A stretch of 64,000 nt of DNA, from NCBI GenBank assembly GCA_964057225.1, contig OZ059895.1:5456001-5520000 (forward strand), given 5' to 3'. Below the pieces are notes generated by a model. That model worked only from the letters and a program-made list of their open reading frames with translations, made no database searches and was not told the origin of the DNA. The DNA is from Auanema rhodensis. Lineage: Eukaryota > Animalia > Nematoda. A program made the translations under genes and the position numbers. Positions 1 to 13,483 of this stretch are shown in pieces; within the stretch, counting starts at the first letter, position 1; every line of letters begins with the position of its first letter.

Positions 1-339
1 AAAGAAAATGAATTGTGATCATATTTTGAATTTTAAAATTATTGTAAGGAGTTCAACGAATACTTAGTTTTGTATAGTGATGAAGAATGGAAAAAGAACA
101 ATATTTATGTATAATAAGTAATAGAAAAAGAAAAAAATAGTGAAAATTATGAAGAAATACCTTAAAAGGTAAAATATAAAATATTCTCTTTCTTTCTTTC
201 TTTTTCTCTCACTCTCTCTTTTATTTTTGTTCTTCCTTATATGATATCAATCTATTTACAAGTGTTCATAAGACCATGATCGCATGTTATGTAGAGAACA
301 GAGGGTAAGAGTGTGAAGAGAAATTAGAGAGAGAGGAAT

Positions 340-371
<32 letters not shown>

Positions 372-603
372 TCGATGGAATCAAAATAAATCAGCTAACT
401 GGGAACACATGTATGTGTATTCGATTACAAATTGGTTTTTTTGGAAAATAACAAAAGCCAGATCTAATTTCTGATAATTTTAGTTTAATAAGACACTAGT
501 TTATATATATAAACTTTTAATATTTTCAAAATATTATAATATATAAGAATCAATATTTATTAATTTTTTTAAATTTTTAAACATAATTTATGATTAATCA
601 TAC

Positions 604-686
604 CTGGATAGTGCCAATCAATGGGATACGTTGTTCAAGTTGTGAATCCATTTCATACCTATGTTGTTCAGATTCCAAAAAAGATT
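604..686 (-). CDS. Isolated exon of an unidentified gene continuing left of the window (..SFLESEQHRYEMDSQLEQRIPLIGTIQ)
   Basis: Minus strand reads TTTTTAG acceptor, 83 nt open frame, then CAG|GTATGA donor; GC is locally higher than the AT-rich flanks. The internal ATG (MDSQ..) could be the start if the acceptor is a trans-splice site. Confidence 0.55.
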
Positions 687-1234
687 CTAAAAAATTAAAA
701 TAATTAATAAATAATCTTTTAATTATTTGAAACAAAATGAAAGAAACACAATGAAAAAACGTTTTTTTTTACTTATTCTTACTGTTTTATATACTCGTAC
801 ATGTATATTGTATTTTGAAAATAAAAAATTTAAAAAAAAGATAAAATATTTCGATAAAAAGGTCACAAAAACATAAAATAAAATAATTATCTTGATATAT
901 TTAAGTAAAAATAATAGAAACTTTGAATATATCGTTAATTATATATTATATATATGATATTAAGCTTATCAATTGAATAGCAATGAATGACATAAACATT
1001 GAACATGACAGCATGAATTAGTCAAATATAAAGTTTAAATGTTTCTCGAGAATTTTCAAACTTAATTTGAAGATAAATGAAACTGGAGAGAGAAAGAGGG
1101 GGAGTGGGGGGGGGGTTAAAAGAATGAAATATAGATTAGCTGAAGATTACGTCACGGAAAAACATTTTAAAAAATAAGAATGACCGTAGTAGAGATGTAT
1201 AGTTTAGATTGAAATTTATACGATTACACATAGT

Positions 1235-1618
1235 TTACATAATTAATTCTTCTTTTTTATTGATTTCAATGAGATTCGATAGAAATGTGCGACTTCTTGT
1301 AGAGATTGTCTTCATCTCGTCTGGACTGTTACAGAAATGAAACTGGTGGAGGAAAATTGCAGAAAGAGCATTTTGCGAGTTTGTTTCTTGGAGGTTAGAA
1401 ATAGGCAAACAAGGCCGCTAAATAACAACACCCATGCAGTTAGAACAACTTAACGTTCGCTCATTTCCAATACTACTTTGGCTATGTTTTTCAGAATCAT
1501 TTTAATGATTCTCCTAAGTTAGTTTTGAAATTGGTAGCCGCTGTAAAATGCTGCAGATGATGGCGTATTCAAAATTTTTTTGTTGTTGAACAAAAACCAT
1601 TTGTACAGACAAGTCATC
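1235..1618 (-). pseudogene. Possible decayed ORF fragment (128 codons, 3 internal stops, no frameshift)
   Basis: One frame reads DDLSVQMVFVQQQKNFEYAIICSILQRLP..TLSCSNCMG..FLHQFHFCNSPDEMK..; no homolog recognised. Confidence 0.25.
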
Positions 1619-3101
1619 TGAATGAGGTAATAGTCTCAAGTTGCTAGTTGAAAATGAGGAAATTGAGATAAATACGGAATACAACCGATCAATGCGTTCG
1701 TTACTCTGTCAATTATATTTTGATAATTCAGATGTCACACGAGATGCACGTGTACTTCCATGCTAATGATTATGATATGGAAGATTGAGGAGAATTCTCA
1801 ATGGAATGATGAAAGAGAAAGCATTTAATATATTTTTTTCTTGAAGTTATTTGGTAAGTAATGCAATGATATATAATAATAAAAACCGGTATAGGCGATC
1901 AAGAAACGGCACTGAAGAAGAGAAATAACATGAGAAATATCAGAGGGAAGGGCAACATACATGATATTGCGTTCTTATTTTTTTATATTACTAATTATTA
2001 TAGAATATAATTAAACTATAATTGATAAACTAAGATATATTTAAAAACATAAGATGTTATAGAGCTAGTTTATACAGAAAATTCGTATAGATATACAATA
2101 TTTCATTTATTCTTATTTTCGGAAGCTCAAATTAGTGTCAAAGTTGAATACAAAACTGAAAAATAGATGAAATATTCATTCAAAATTGGTAATTCTCATT
2201 TCACGGTGATAATAAAGATGATGATGTTGATGATGATATGATGAATTGACATCTCGTCTATCATCCGAACACACACATCAATATAATTCTCAAATTCTTC
2301 TAGTTAATAATAATAAATGAAATATGAAAATAATTTAAATTCTAAATATAGTAATATATATCTATATTAAAAAGATAAAATTTATATATATATATATAGT
2401 ATATAGTTTGTAGCTAATATTATTATTGTAACTTATATCAAGTTATGAATAGCCGATGAAAGGTATTGAATTGACGACATGTTTTCGTAATTGGCCATTA
2501 TTAGAATGCTAGTTGAAGTGATCGAAGAAAAAAAAACGAAAAAACTGAACACAAAAGTCGGTAAAGCTGCTTAATTTCTTCTTTCAGCTATAAAATATAA
2601 GAAAATAACAAAATGAAGCTTCAACATTCAGGTTTTCACCTCGTTCATTCTCGGCTTTTTCATCGGCAGTTATCCATTATTCTTCCTCTTCCTTATTCAT
2701 TTTCTATATTCTCCAACTTTCACAGCGAAAATTATAAAAACTGTTTTTAACTGACTCTTTTGGTTCAAATTTTTATATTTTAATAGAAAATGTGTTTATG
2801 TCATCATTGCCTGTCACAATTTACCTTTACCGAACTTTTAGACATTTAGATTGACATGTATAATCCCGATTGTCTTCAAAGCAAGCAACTACACCAATGA
2901 TTGACAAGAATGGACATGACACAATCCGCATACCGTCCTTTCTATGAAGTAAAATGAAAATTTACATCCGGAAAAGAAAAATGTCGCATTTCTCTTGGAA
3001 CAGAAAAGTTAGAATTTGGTTAATACGGTATAACAACGCTATATTCAATCTAAGGTAACTAAGAAATAACTATTCAAATAATCAGATATTTTATGTAAAA
3101 G

Positions 3102-3103
<2 letters not shown>

Positions 3104-3164
<61 letters not shown>
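3104..3164. repeat. (GA)n microsatellite
   Basis: About 30 GA units seen directly; shorter GA runs at ~345-370 and ~3575-3600. Confidence 0.95.
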
Positions 3165-3166
<2 letters not shown>

Positions 3167-6100
3167 GCGGGAAAATATAGCGATACTTAAACTATATGAA
3201 GTAAGGTTTATTGGAAAATAAGATGAATTAGGATTGAAAAAAGAAAGAAGGCCAAAGATATATTATGTATTTATTCACATTCAGTGAATGATGAGCCAAT
3301 TGAAATAGATAAGACATAAAAAAAAGAAAATAGAAATAGTAGATATATCAGTTAAATACTTTTTGGGATGACAGGATGAAGAAAAACAATTTAATTGATC
3401 AAATTTATGTGAAATGAAATTGTGTATTCTATGTATGTTCTTCTTCTTCTTCTTTTTCTTATTTCGTATATAATAATAAAAGTTTAGAACAGTTCCGAAA
3501 TCGGCGGAACTTTATTTCAATCGAAACGTTATAAAACTTAGCAGATGAAGGAATTCACTACGAGATTATAAGTATAGAGAGAGAAAGAGAGAGAGAGAGA
3601 ACACCTTGCTGTCTTGATTATGGATAGGCATCGTATGGTTATATTTCAAAGATGTTGTTCGTTAGCCCGAGGGCATCAGAAGTAGGCGCTCCAATGGACA
3701 TAAAACTTGCCGCCGTGACATATTATTCGGTGACAAAGTCAAAGATACATATTTATTAGTGCATCTCTTACTTATCATATCTGTTCAATACTCTAATCAA
3801 TATCACTATATTTATATATATATATATATATTAATAAAATATGAAAATAGTATTCATATGTACTAAAAATTTAATTAAAAAGTTAAGCAAGGTCCGAATG
3901 TGTTGAAGTCAAAGATAGATCTGTAGGAGATTATCTCATATTGCTTATCCTTTCGACTCATCAACCAACATCGTCAACGTCTTCGTCGTTGTCGTGAATG
4001 ATGACAGCTGATCGACGACATATTTCAGCTGAATTAGTTCACCGTTGTATAAGAAGAAATTCTTATTTCACACTTTTATCCATAACGTTATGACGATGAT
4101 GACAATGATGATAATGAAGAAGGCAAAATCGACAGAAATGACAATAAGTTCAGACAAATTAGAAGATCGTGTTGAAATGGATTTCAAACAAAGTGGTTGT
4201 TCCGAATTAGATATTACATAACATTCTATTTTTAGTTTTAGAATATTTAATAATAATATACACAAAGATGAAAATTTAAGATTTTAATTGAATTCTGTAG
4301 TTTGATCTGTAACCATGTTGTTATTTTCAGTCTTATGTATCTAATTGAATTTTGAAAAGTTTATAGAAATTATGAAATTGCTTGTAAAAGTATAAGAAAT
4401 ACAACTGAATTTGGAAAAAAATAAAAAGCTACTGACTTGGTTGTGGTCAGGACCGGATGACCAACTGCGACTATATAAGGAAAAGGCGAGAAGGTATAAA
4501 GAGCGAGCAATTTAAAGGTTGTATCTCTCTATCTCTCTATCTCTCTATCGATGTCTATCTTTCACTTTTTTTCATTCTATAATGATTCTCGAAAGAAAAG
4601 ATGAGGCTCATAAAAGACGTAAATGAGCGAAAAGTTGGCTGAAGCCGCATTGAGATCATAAGGCCGGATAACCTTTTTCGGCTGAAGACAAAAGCTAATG
4701 AGAAATGGAAGTAGTGAATAGATAAGAGAATGCGCAGGAGAGGCGCTTCCGAAAACGGAAAGATAAGCATCAGACGGTCTTCAGTGATTCTTATTGCATC
4801 TTCAAACATTTCACATCACTCTTTCAGCGGAAAAATAAGGATCTGAGTTAAATATCTAAACTTCAAATACAATAACAACTTTAGATAGATTAGATATAAC
4901 TTTCAAAACAGACTCGTGGTATTTTATTTTTCAATTTAAATTCGATAATTTTTAAAAAGAAAGAAATTATAAGTAAAAAAAACTTTTTGTATGTATGTTG
5001 ATATGAATAATAATAAAAAAACAAATTTTATTGTTAATGTTCATAAAATATTGAATTTGTATTTCAAGTTTTAAATATGAAAGTTGGTTGTAACTTCCAA
5101 AAATAACTAAAACACTTAGTGGAAGAAAGCATTCGCTGCTGAAAAAAACTTAAAATTATAAGAATTTGATGTTCTATCAGTGAATAAATACATTATATTC
5201 GAGAAATTTTTCGATTTTTATACAAAATTTGTTTGGAAAACCATTAATAGTAATGATAGATTGTATTCACTACAGGGACATAAAGAGAATTGGTCTGTTT
5301 TAATTTTCTTAATCGTAATTTTAAATTGAAATAGAAAAATGATTTAGAGAATTTTGAATTAATGTTATTAAAAGTCTATTTAGAATTATAACAACTTTGT
5401 CAATTAGTCTTTATTTTAATTTTATTACCTATTACTTGTGAAATTTAGGAGACTTTTATAATTCAATATGACTCTTATCACTATTCGTTGAGATCGAGGA
5501 GGAAGAACGTTCAGCTCTAATTTGTTGGAAATAACGTCATTCATGTTTATTTTCTTTCATTCATATTGAAAGCATGACTCCAATGCGGTTGTATCTATAT
5601 TTTTCGGTGTATAGCATGTGGAAGTATGTTGTGTCTAATCATATGGTTTATTTAACGGGAGATTTTCATTTTGTTTCTAATTTACAATGTTTATAGAAAT
5701 TCTATATTTTCGTTCTTTTAATTAAAAGTTATCGTAGAGCTGTATTTCGCATTGCTTGAACGATTTTCAATTGATTGATCATGTATCACAAAGTGTTTTT
5801 CTCTTTTCCCGTGCGGTATTCTATCTATAACTATTATTTAGACTTTAATTTTTCTTTTTAGAATTTCAGAATAGTTTTAAAGCAAGCTTGTAATATTTAT
5901 ATGCATTTTTTACGTTTGCCCTGTCTTTTAACGTTGTTCCATATTATTATTGATTCTCCAACTCTACTAGTGCTTCTTTTGATTTTGAAAGTATTCATAT
6001 CTTTCCTAAGGATATTTTCCTCCTTATATTCTTAATGAAAATGTATTTTTTCAGGTTTTTTGTACAATATTTGAAATTATGGCATTGATATTTTATCTTC

Positions 6101-6249
6101 CAAAACATTTTTATGATCGTTGATTTTCATTTCCAAATTTGGAATTGTGCGCTTTATAAGTGCGCTCTATTGAGAATAGAGTCCTTTAATCGATTTCCCT
6201 GTGTTTCAGGGACCGTTGGTCGTTGGTTCCGTGACCGGGGTCGACTGGC

Positions 6250-9200
6250 ATGGAGAACCCTCTGATAGCTTTACTTGCTTCACCCGGTGCAGATTCCAGG
6301 GTTCTGAGTCGTGGATTCACTTCTGTGGCCCAACTACTGTCACCATTTACTACTCTTAACATTGATATTAGGGTAAGTAGTTGAAACTCCTAACCGGAAC
6401 ACAGAGGGCAGAGATTGATCTTTGTAACTTCTAGCGGCTTCCAACTGTTTAATATTGTTCATTCTTCTTTTTTTTCGATCACCTTCTAAAATTTGACTTC
6501 ATATATTGAATTCTGATTAATCTTTACGTATATATATATTTTTTTATTCTTTGTGTTGCATCAATGTTTTTTAACATGCTAATGATGCTCACACTGAATA
6601 TTGTCACCATAAATTCAAAATATTTTATCCAATATTTATTTTCAGGATCCTTCAAATGGACAATATGTGTCTAATAAGATTTCATTGGATGTCCGTGATC
6701 TTAGGCGACACGGTCATTTACTCTCCTTGTCAGTTTTACCATATGTTTTACAAGAAGTAAGATATACTATAATGAGGTTTTATAATCATATATACTTATT
6801 CAGGCTCTAGAAAGTAAATCAGATCTGGATGATGTTCTCAAATGCTACTTTGAGTGTCTTCGACGTTGGACAGAACCAAGCGATCAAGAAACGTTGCGAA
6901 CGTATTTGGCTTGTGTTTTTATAGTCTCAGGATGCGAGGAAAATCCAATGGGAGAATTGAGCAAGTTAATACAAGCTCAGCATACTGAACAGGTACTGAT
7001 TTTCTATAATATATATATGTATATATATACTTATTTATACTTATATATGTGTAGCATTTTAATATTTCACTACTTTTTTTTTGAAATATCTTACATCCTT
7101 AGTAAACTTTTGATAGTTTAAATCAAGGGTTGATACTTATGGTTGCATTAAAATGCAATATTCGACAGATAATTGTTCCCTCTGTGGCCTCGATACCTGT
7201 TTTTGAATTGATTTTGCCGCTTATCTCTCATGGCGAAAGATCAATAATCGATATTTGGCTTTTCGTCGTATATTCAAACTAATTCTATCATTCTTTTTTC
7301 TCATTTACTTCGAACAATTCCTTATTTTGATTAAATTTTTTTCAGCATTCCACATCTGAATCTAAATCGCTCAGTCCATCACATTGTTGTCGTCCCAAAT
7401 GGACAATACCGAACACTTTGAAGCATTATGTTCTTCTACATGACAGTGCTCGTGATGATGAGTCTAGGTTTGTAGCACATAGACATATTGTTCAATCTTT
7501 TTTTTATTTCAGAACAAATGATATATTCAATCAAATGTGTGCTACATATGGAGTTCAATCATGTCAGTTGTTGAAAATCGGTGTAGGTCCTGCTGAAGGC
7601 CTTCCGGATGTGTGGAGATACTCTGATGAAGCTAATGCTATTTTGGAAAGAGGCTTGGCTCTAGCTCTTGAACATGCACGGAATTCAAATAAATCCGATA
7701 AGCGTGAAGCTCCGGTATCCTGGAAACTTCGAAGTAATATCTAAAACATAGTTTTCAGCCTACCGTGATTTCCACAATTTCACCTTCGTATGCTATGGTA
7801 CAATCTCCAACCATGTCTTCTCCGTCTTCTTCAGTCAGTGATTCTGGTTAGAATTGCGTGTTGAAACAAAGTCACCAAAGTTTTTCCAGGACTCTCAACT
7901 CCAAGCAATTCTAGGTTAGCTTCATCTGCCGACCGGGAATCCTGTGCGAAGTTGATAGAAAAGTTTTGTAAGGAGTGCTTGGTAAGATAGTGCTTATGAG
8001 AAAAATCTCATTGCATATGCATGTTAGGTTCCCCACGTTGAGAGGCAAATGAGAACACTCTTGGATCAATTAGTTGACAGAAGAACAATTGGAAAGTCTT
8101 TAACAAGCGGCATGAAGAAATGGTTTGGTGGTAGCGCTACTCAAAGTAATAACAATCAATCACAAATGTAAGTTAAAGCACTGTCTTTAATTTGTACCAT
8201 TTTGGTTTAGTTATGGACACGAAAGTCCAGAAATGAAAAGCAGACGTTTAGCGGACCTTGCTTTCCAATTTGGCTTATATTCATTTGCTCATTCGCAATA
8301 TAGGACTGTTAAGAAGGACTTCGAGGGTGAACAAGCATGGTTGTATCAAGCTGTAGCTATGGTTTATTATCATTTGTCAAATGTCTTAACTAATAATGGA
8401 GTTTAGGAAATGGCTGCAGTTGCTCTTCATCTTGCAAACTCTAGTATAACAGGGAGACAATTTCCCATTCATTACTTAGATAATAGTTTAAATACCCTTT
8501 TAAATAATTCGGGGTATGTTGTAATTTTTTTTTGAAAAAATTTAATTATATATTTGTTTAGAAAGTATACAGCCGTTATGAGATGTGCATTAAATACTGC
8601 TAACATTTATTATGATTTGGGAATGTATAAAGAAGCTGCTCTACTTTTCTCAAGAATTAGTATATTAGTAAGAAAAGAGTATCGGATATATCTATTAAAT
8701 CTACCTTTGTAGGATAACGACCAGTGTGTTGGCGTAGGACAAGCAAAAGCAGCGGGATATTTTCGGGATGGGAAACAAATGAGAAAAAGTTCTTTTTACT
8801 ATGTTCTGGCTGGAAAGAGATTTATGAATGAGTCTATTAAACGGGTTGCTCTAGGTATTAGTTTATGATAAAAACCATCATGTTATCATATATGTTTCAG
8901 AATGCTATAAACTATCTCTGCCTGAGTATTTTGAGAAGAATTGGGAAGGAATTGAGGATCACCTGTGTTCCCTTCTGTCCGGAGGAATAACTGATATGAA
9001 CACATCTCAACTATGTGCAAGTAGATTACTAAGAGGAAGCGAGTGGCAATCCGAAACAAAACAGAGAGAGTTCTTACACAACTTTGTGAATACTTTGCTA
9101 CGATTTTCTGTTGGAGAGCTATATAAGATGCCTCTGCCTATCCTTAACTCTAACGATATTCGGGTTATATGTGGCGAAAGGCCTCTCTCTGACGAAATAC

Positions 9201-11428
9201 TTCCTAATGTTGAGATCGATTGGAATAAATTGGAAAGGTCTGCATTTTATAGTGTAGCAGGTAATGCTCATATTATTCAGACACTCCCTAGTTTATTTAT
9301 TTAAGGATCCAGTACAGCTTTCCGATTAAATCAACTTGTTAGTGATAGCTCTACGGAAAATCTTAAAATTCTTGATACTCCTCCGTCAGAAAGATTTCGT
9401 GTATTCGTTGAACTTCGTAATCCTCTGGTGACAAATCTCGAACTATTCAATGTGAGGCTTGGAGTATCCGATGTGAAATATCATGAAGGGTCGTCAGGAG
9501 CTCCTTTGTCATCTCAACTGATAATTCCTTCTTTGGTTTTCTCCGGGGAAGAGGTTAAAAATGTGGAGCTGTGGTTATTACCTAGCCCGAATGTTTCTGG
9601 ATTCTTGGTAGACTCGATTCATTTCGAGCTAGGTAATGAACAAAATCATAAGCAAGGTGGTATAATTCCGCTCTCAACCAAAGGAAAAAGATTGAACAAG
9701 ACTCAAAAACAGGTATTCAGGATTGTTTTTCTTTTTGTTTTGTTCATGTCTTTGCTTAAGATGAAGGGTGTTTTCTATGCTGCTGATGAAAGACTCCGGG
9801 CTAATGTTGCTTCTGAGAAATGGCCTTTATTAGATATTAAAGTGCACCAGGCTCAACAAGAAACAACTTACAATTCTCAGATTGTTAAATTGAATTTGGA
9901 CATTCAAAACATATCTGATCAGGTCGTAACAAAAGTTTCTCTAGCTACAGATGGAATTGATAATGTTGACATTCAATTAGAAGACGATGTGGGACAAACG
10001 TATGTTTTTCAAAACAGAAAAACCAGCTTTCATATTTCTTATTTTCAGACTTGAGTTCTTGTCTCAAATCGATCCCACGAACTGCTCTGTGAGAATATTC
10101 GAACTTAAGACTACTCTCGAGCCCAATGCTTGCATGAAGTTAATTGTTAATATTAGAGCCAATGAAACAGAGACCCCTGTAGCAATGCTTTTGTTGTATA
10201 AGGGCGAGAAGGGCACTTATAGGCACTGGCGAACTGTTGTTCCTATCACATCGACTCCTATTTTGGAAGTGAAAAGTCATGTCTTAGGTATGAGCCATAT
10301 TATATTTTAATCTCTAATATCTAATGTAGATGCGTCTCGAGGACTTGTTGCTCTTCAATGTCGAAATTGTATTGATAACTCTGATGCTGCAATGGCCAAA
10401 CTTGATATTCTTCGAGTTCGTTCAGTTTATCAAAAAATCAATGAGAAAGGTGTTTGGCTGCCAGCCGTTTCCAATGTCAAACTTGTGCCAGTAGATAAAC
10501 ATCAAAGTAAGTTATACCAAAATTGTACTAGAGTAGCTATTATCTTTTCAGTTCAATTGGATGGTGAACAATCTGATAACATATGTTTCTTCATGTCTGG
10601 TTCTGCAAGTGATCCTAGCGAATCAGAAATTTGGCTTGGTGATAAAGTAACTGTACCTCAATGGCCTTCTCCACAACCTGTTTGGTGTGAAGATGAACCT
10701 AATGAGGAGGATAGACAAATAGCTATTTATTGGAAAGCTAGTGTTGTGGCGAATGATGGTCATGTATGTACTATAACATTGATACTCTTGTAAATATTTC
10801 TTTCCAGGTGTCAATTTTTTCTGGAGAACTTTTCCGACCTTGTCCTTTTAACTCAGCTTCTGTTACAATTCCTGGAATTCCCGCTTTCATTCCGTCCAAT
10901 TCCAAAGAAACTGGGTTGAATAGGAAGTCTTCTCAACCTCTGGTTGCTCTTTGCAAGCAAATAAATCCAATCAAACATTCTTTCACGAAATCAAGGTAAA
11001 TCTGTTCTAAACTTGTAATTTAATTTAATTAATTTAAGATTGTGCTATGTACCGTTTTCCATCCAAGTTATTAATCAGGATGATGGAAAACGTGACATAT
11101 CTGTCGCTCTTCGATTCCAGCAGAAAGTTTCAGAGGCAGTGAACTCGTTGGACCAAGTAGCCCCGGACTCGCGCTTGCTGTGGTGGCCTGATAAGGCTGT
11201 ATCTTTCGCAACCATTGGTAGTGGTAAAGAACATGAATTTTCTCTTAATATCAGGTACAATTAGTACTGTTATTGTTTATGTTACTTTTTAAATTTTTTA
11301 GAGTATCTCAGCCTTCTATTTATGAGTTGGGTGGAAGTCAAATGATGCTCGAAGGACGTTATGTTAATTCAGAAGAACGTTTTGTCATTGAAATACCATC
11401 GACTCTTGCCATTGTTCACCCTCTTTAG
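6250..11428 (+). CDS. trpp-8: TRAPP III complex subunit 8 (TRAPPC8/Trs85), ~21 exons
   Basis: ATG 6250 follows a TTTCAG acceptor (6204-6209) with an upstream in-frame stop. Spliced translation gives MENPLIALLAS..QLLSPF, HYVLLHD, ESPEMKSRRLADLAF, YRTVKKDF, MRKSSFYYVLAGKRF, VELRNPL and GKRLNKT..YAADERL, which are TRAPPC8 motifs. TAG ends at 11428. Confidence 0.9.
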
Positions 11429-11726
11429 TTTCTTGATATAGTCCCATTTCGTGTTCCAAGTGATGAAAATAGTGTCAAAATTTATCAGGCGTGTATGTTC
11501 AAATACATGTTTTTATATTCTAATGTGTCAACTAAGAACGGGTTCCCGACTAACTGGTAACTTACTAATTTATTATATTTATTCGGAGAGTTTATGATTT
11601 TCATTGCTTTACTTTTATATAGTTTTTTCTATTTTGTTTTTCTTTTATTTATATGCAGTCTTGAAACTGTTGAAATATTTTATTATAGCTTATTTTATGT
11701 GCCTAATTCTTATTTCAGTATACGAT

Positions 11727-12201
11727 ATGGCTTCACAAACCGCTGGAATTCAACAACTTCTTGCTGCCGAGAAGAAGGCTGCTGAAAAGATCAATGAGGC
11801 TAGAAAGAAGAAGCTTCAACGCATGAAGCAAGCCAAGCAAGAGGCTCAAGCTGAAGTCGAGAGATACAGACAAGTATTTACTATACACAGTTCTTTTTTT
11901 AACATAGCTAACATCTTTCAGGAACGTGATCAACAGTTCAAGGAATACGAACGCACCTATTTGGGAACCAAGGAAGACATTGAAACCAAGATCCGCAAGG
12001 AAAATGAAGATCAAATGGAAAACATGAAGAAGTCTGTTGCTTCCAACAAACAACAAGTAAATAGAAAATAAAATATTAATTAAGATATCAAACAATTAAA
12101 TTCAGGTTATTGTTCGTCTTCTTCAATTGGTTTGCGACATTGATCCCGAGCTCCACCACAATCTGAAGCTTCAGATGAAGCTCCACGGACAATTCTCTTA
12201 A
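11727..12201 (+). CDS. vha-10: V-type ATPase subunit G (3 exons)
   Basis: MASQTAGIQQLLAAEKKAAEKINEARKKK..VIVRLLQLVCDIDPELHHNL; two short GT-AG introns; AATAAA at 12391. Confidence 0.96.
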
Positions 12202-12578
12202 GCTTCTTTTACATTTACTACTACAACTAACACAATAGTAGTTCGCTCTAACAACCCTAGTGTTAATTGATTATACTCATTTAATGATAGTGATTAAACA
12301 TTCCAATGTATGTTAAGATATATATAAGGGACTGTACGCTTCACTTTTGTATGTTTTACCGAATTTGTAGTGTGAGATATATATTTAGCAAATAAACTGT
12401 AAGATTTTAAATGTATACTGCACAGAGTGGTTGCTTTCCTATATTACATGATGGTGAATTTATATAATTATTCTGACGACGATTGATTATTGATATCATT
12501 GATTGTTAGAAAACATTTTTTCTTAACTCTTAATTGATGAAATTTAAATTAGAATTATTGTTTATCTTTAAGCTTATA

Positions 12579-12845
12579 ATGATTGAAGTCACTGTAAACG
12601 ATCGTCTCGGTAAGAAGGTTCGCGTTAAGTGCAATCCTACTGATACTATTGGAGATTTGAAAAAACTGATTGCCCTCCAAACTGGAACACGGTAGAATTA
12701 TAATATTCCAGTCCACTTTTATTTCTTTTTATACAGACATGAAAAAATTGTTTTGAAGAAGTGGTACAATATTTACAAGGATCATATCACTCTTCAGGAT
12801 TATGAGGTTCATGAAGGATTCAACTTCGAGCTTTACTATCAATAG
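12579..12845 (+). CDS. ubl-5: Ubiquitin-like protein 5 (UBL5/Hub1), 2 exons; missed by the ORF track
   Basis: [38 protein letters not shown]|[35 protein letters not shown] with the diagnostic C-terminal YY; intron 12692-12736; AATAAA at 12942. Confidence 0.97.
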
Positions 12846-13483
12846 AGTATTGAAGGGCATATCTTCGATCTCTTATGCAACTGCGTTTGGAATAATTTTG
12901 TCTTTATTATAACGAGTTTTTGTTGTATTATGACGTGTCTGAATAAATGATTCAAATATACCTAATGTATCCCCACAAAAGACGTTAGATTTCTGTGCAG
13001 AGATGACCACAATTCTTATCAAGATATCGCGTAAAGTGCAGAATTCATCAGATAATTTTCTTCATTAAAATTGTCTTTCATCTCTTATGAGAATGCAAAC
13101 GAATTCAAATATGCAACGTTCGCACTTCAAAATTGATAATGATTGTAAGTTTTCACTGGAGTGCAACACTACTGGTCACAGCTTCTAATCAGCCTTGATA
13201 GGAAAAAAAATCGTCAACTGTGAAACACAAATTTAAATTTTTATTACAACTCTCACTGTTCATCATAAAGCAGAAAAAAGCTGTAGACTGATAATATTCT
13301 ATTCAGTAAGACCAGAGAAACAACGGAGAACATTCAATTAATGTATTTAATGTAAGTGGGAGGAGAGCAGTATTTTCTAGATCATCTATGAAGACTAAAG
13401 GCTGTAGCTAACATCAGAAAAAGCACGAGATGAAAATTATGAAAATGAGAACCAAGTATAACTATCCTTCTATGTCTCTATTT

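Noticed and set aside
11459-12480. C/D-box-like motifs in intergenic spacers
   Set aside because: C and D boxes are not at snoRNA spacing and there is no terminal stem.
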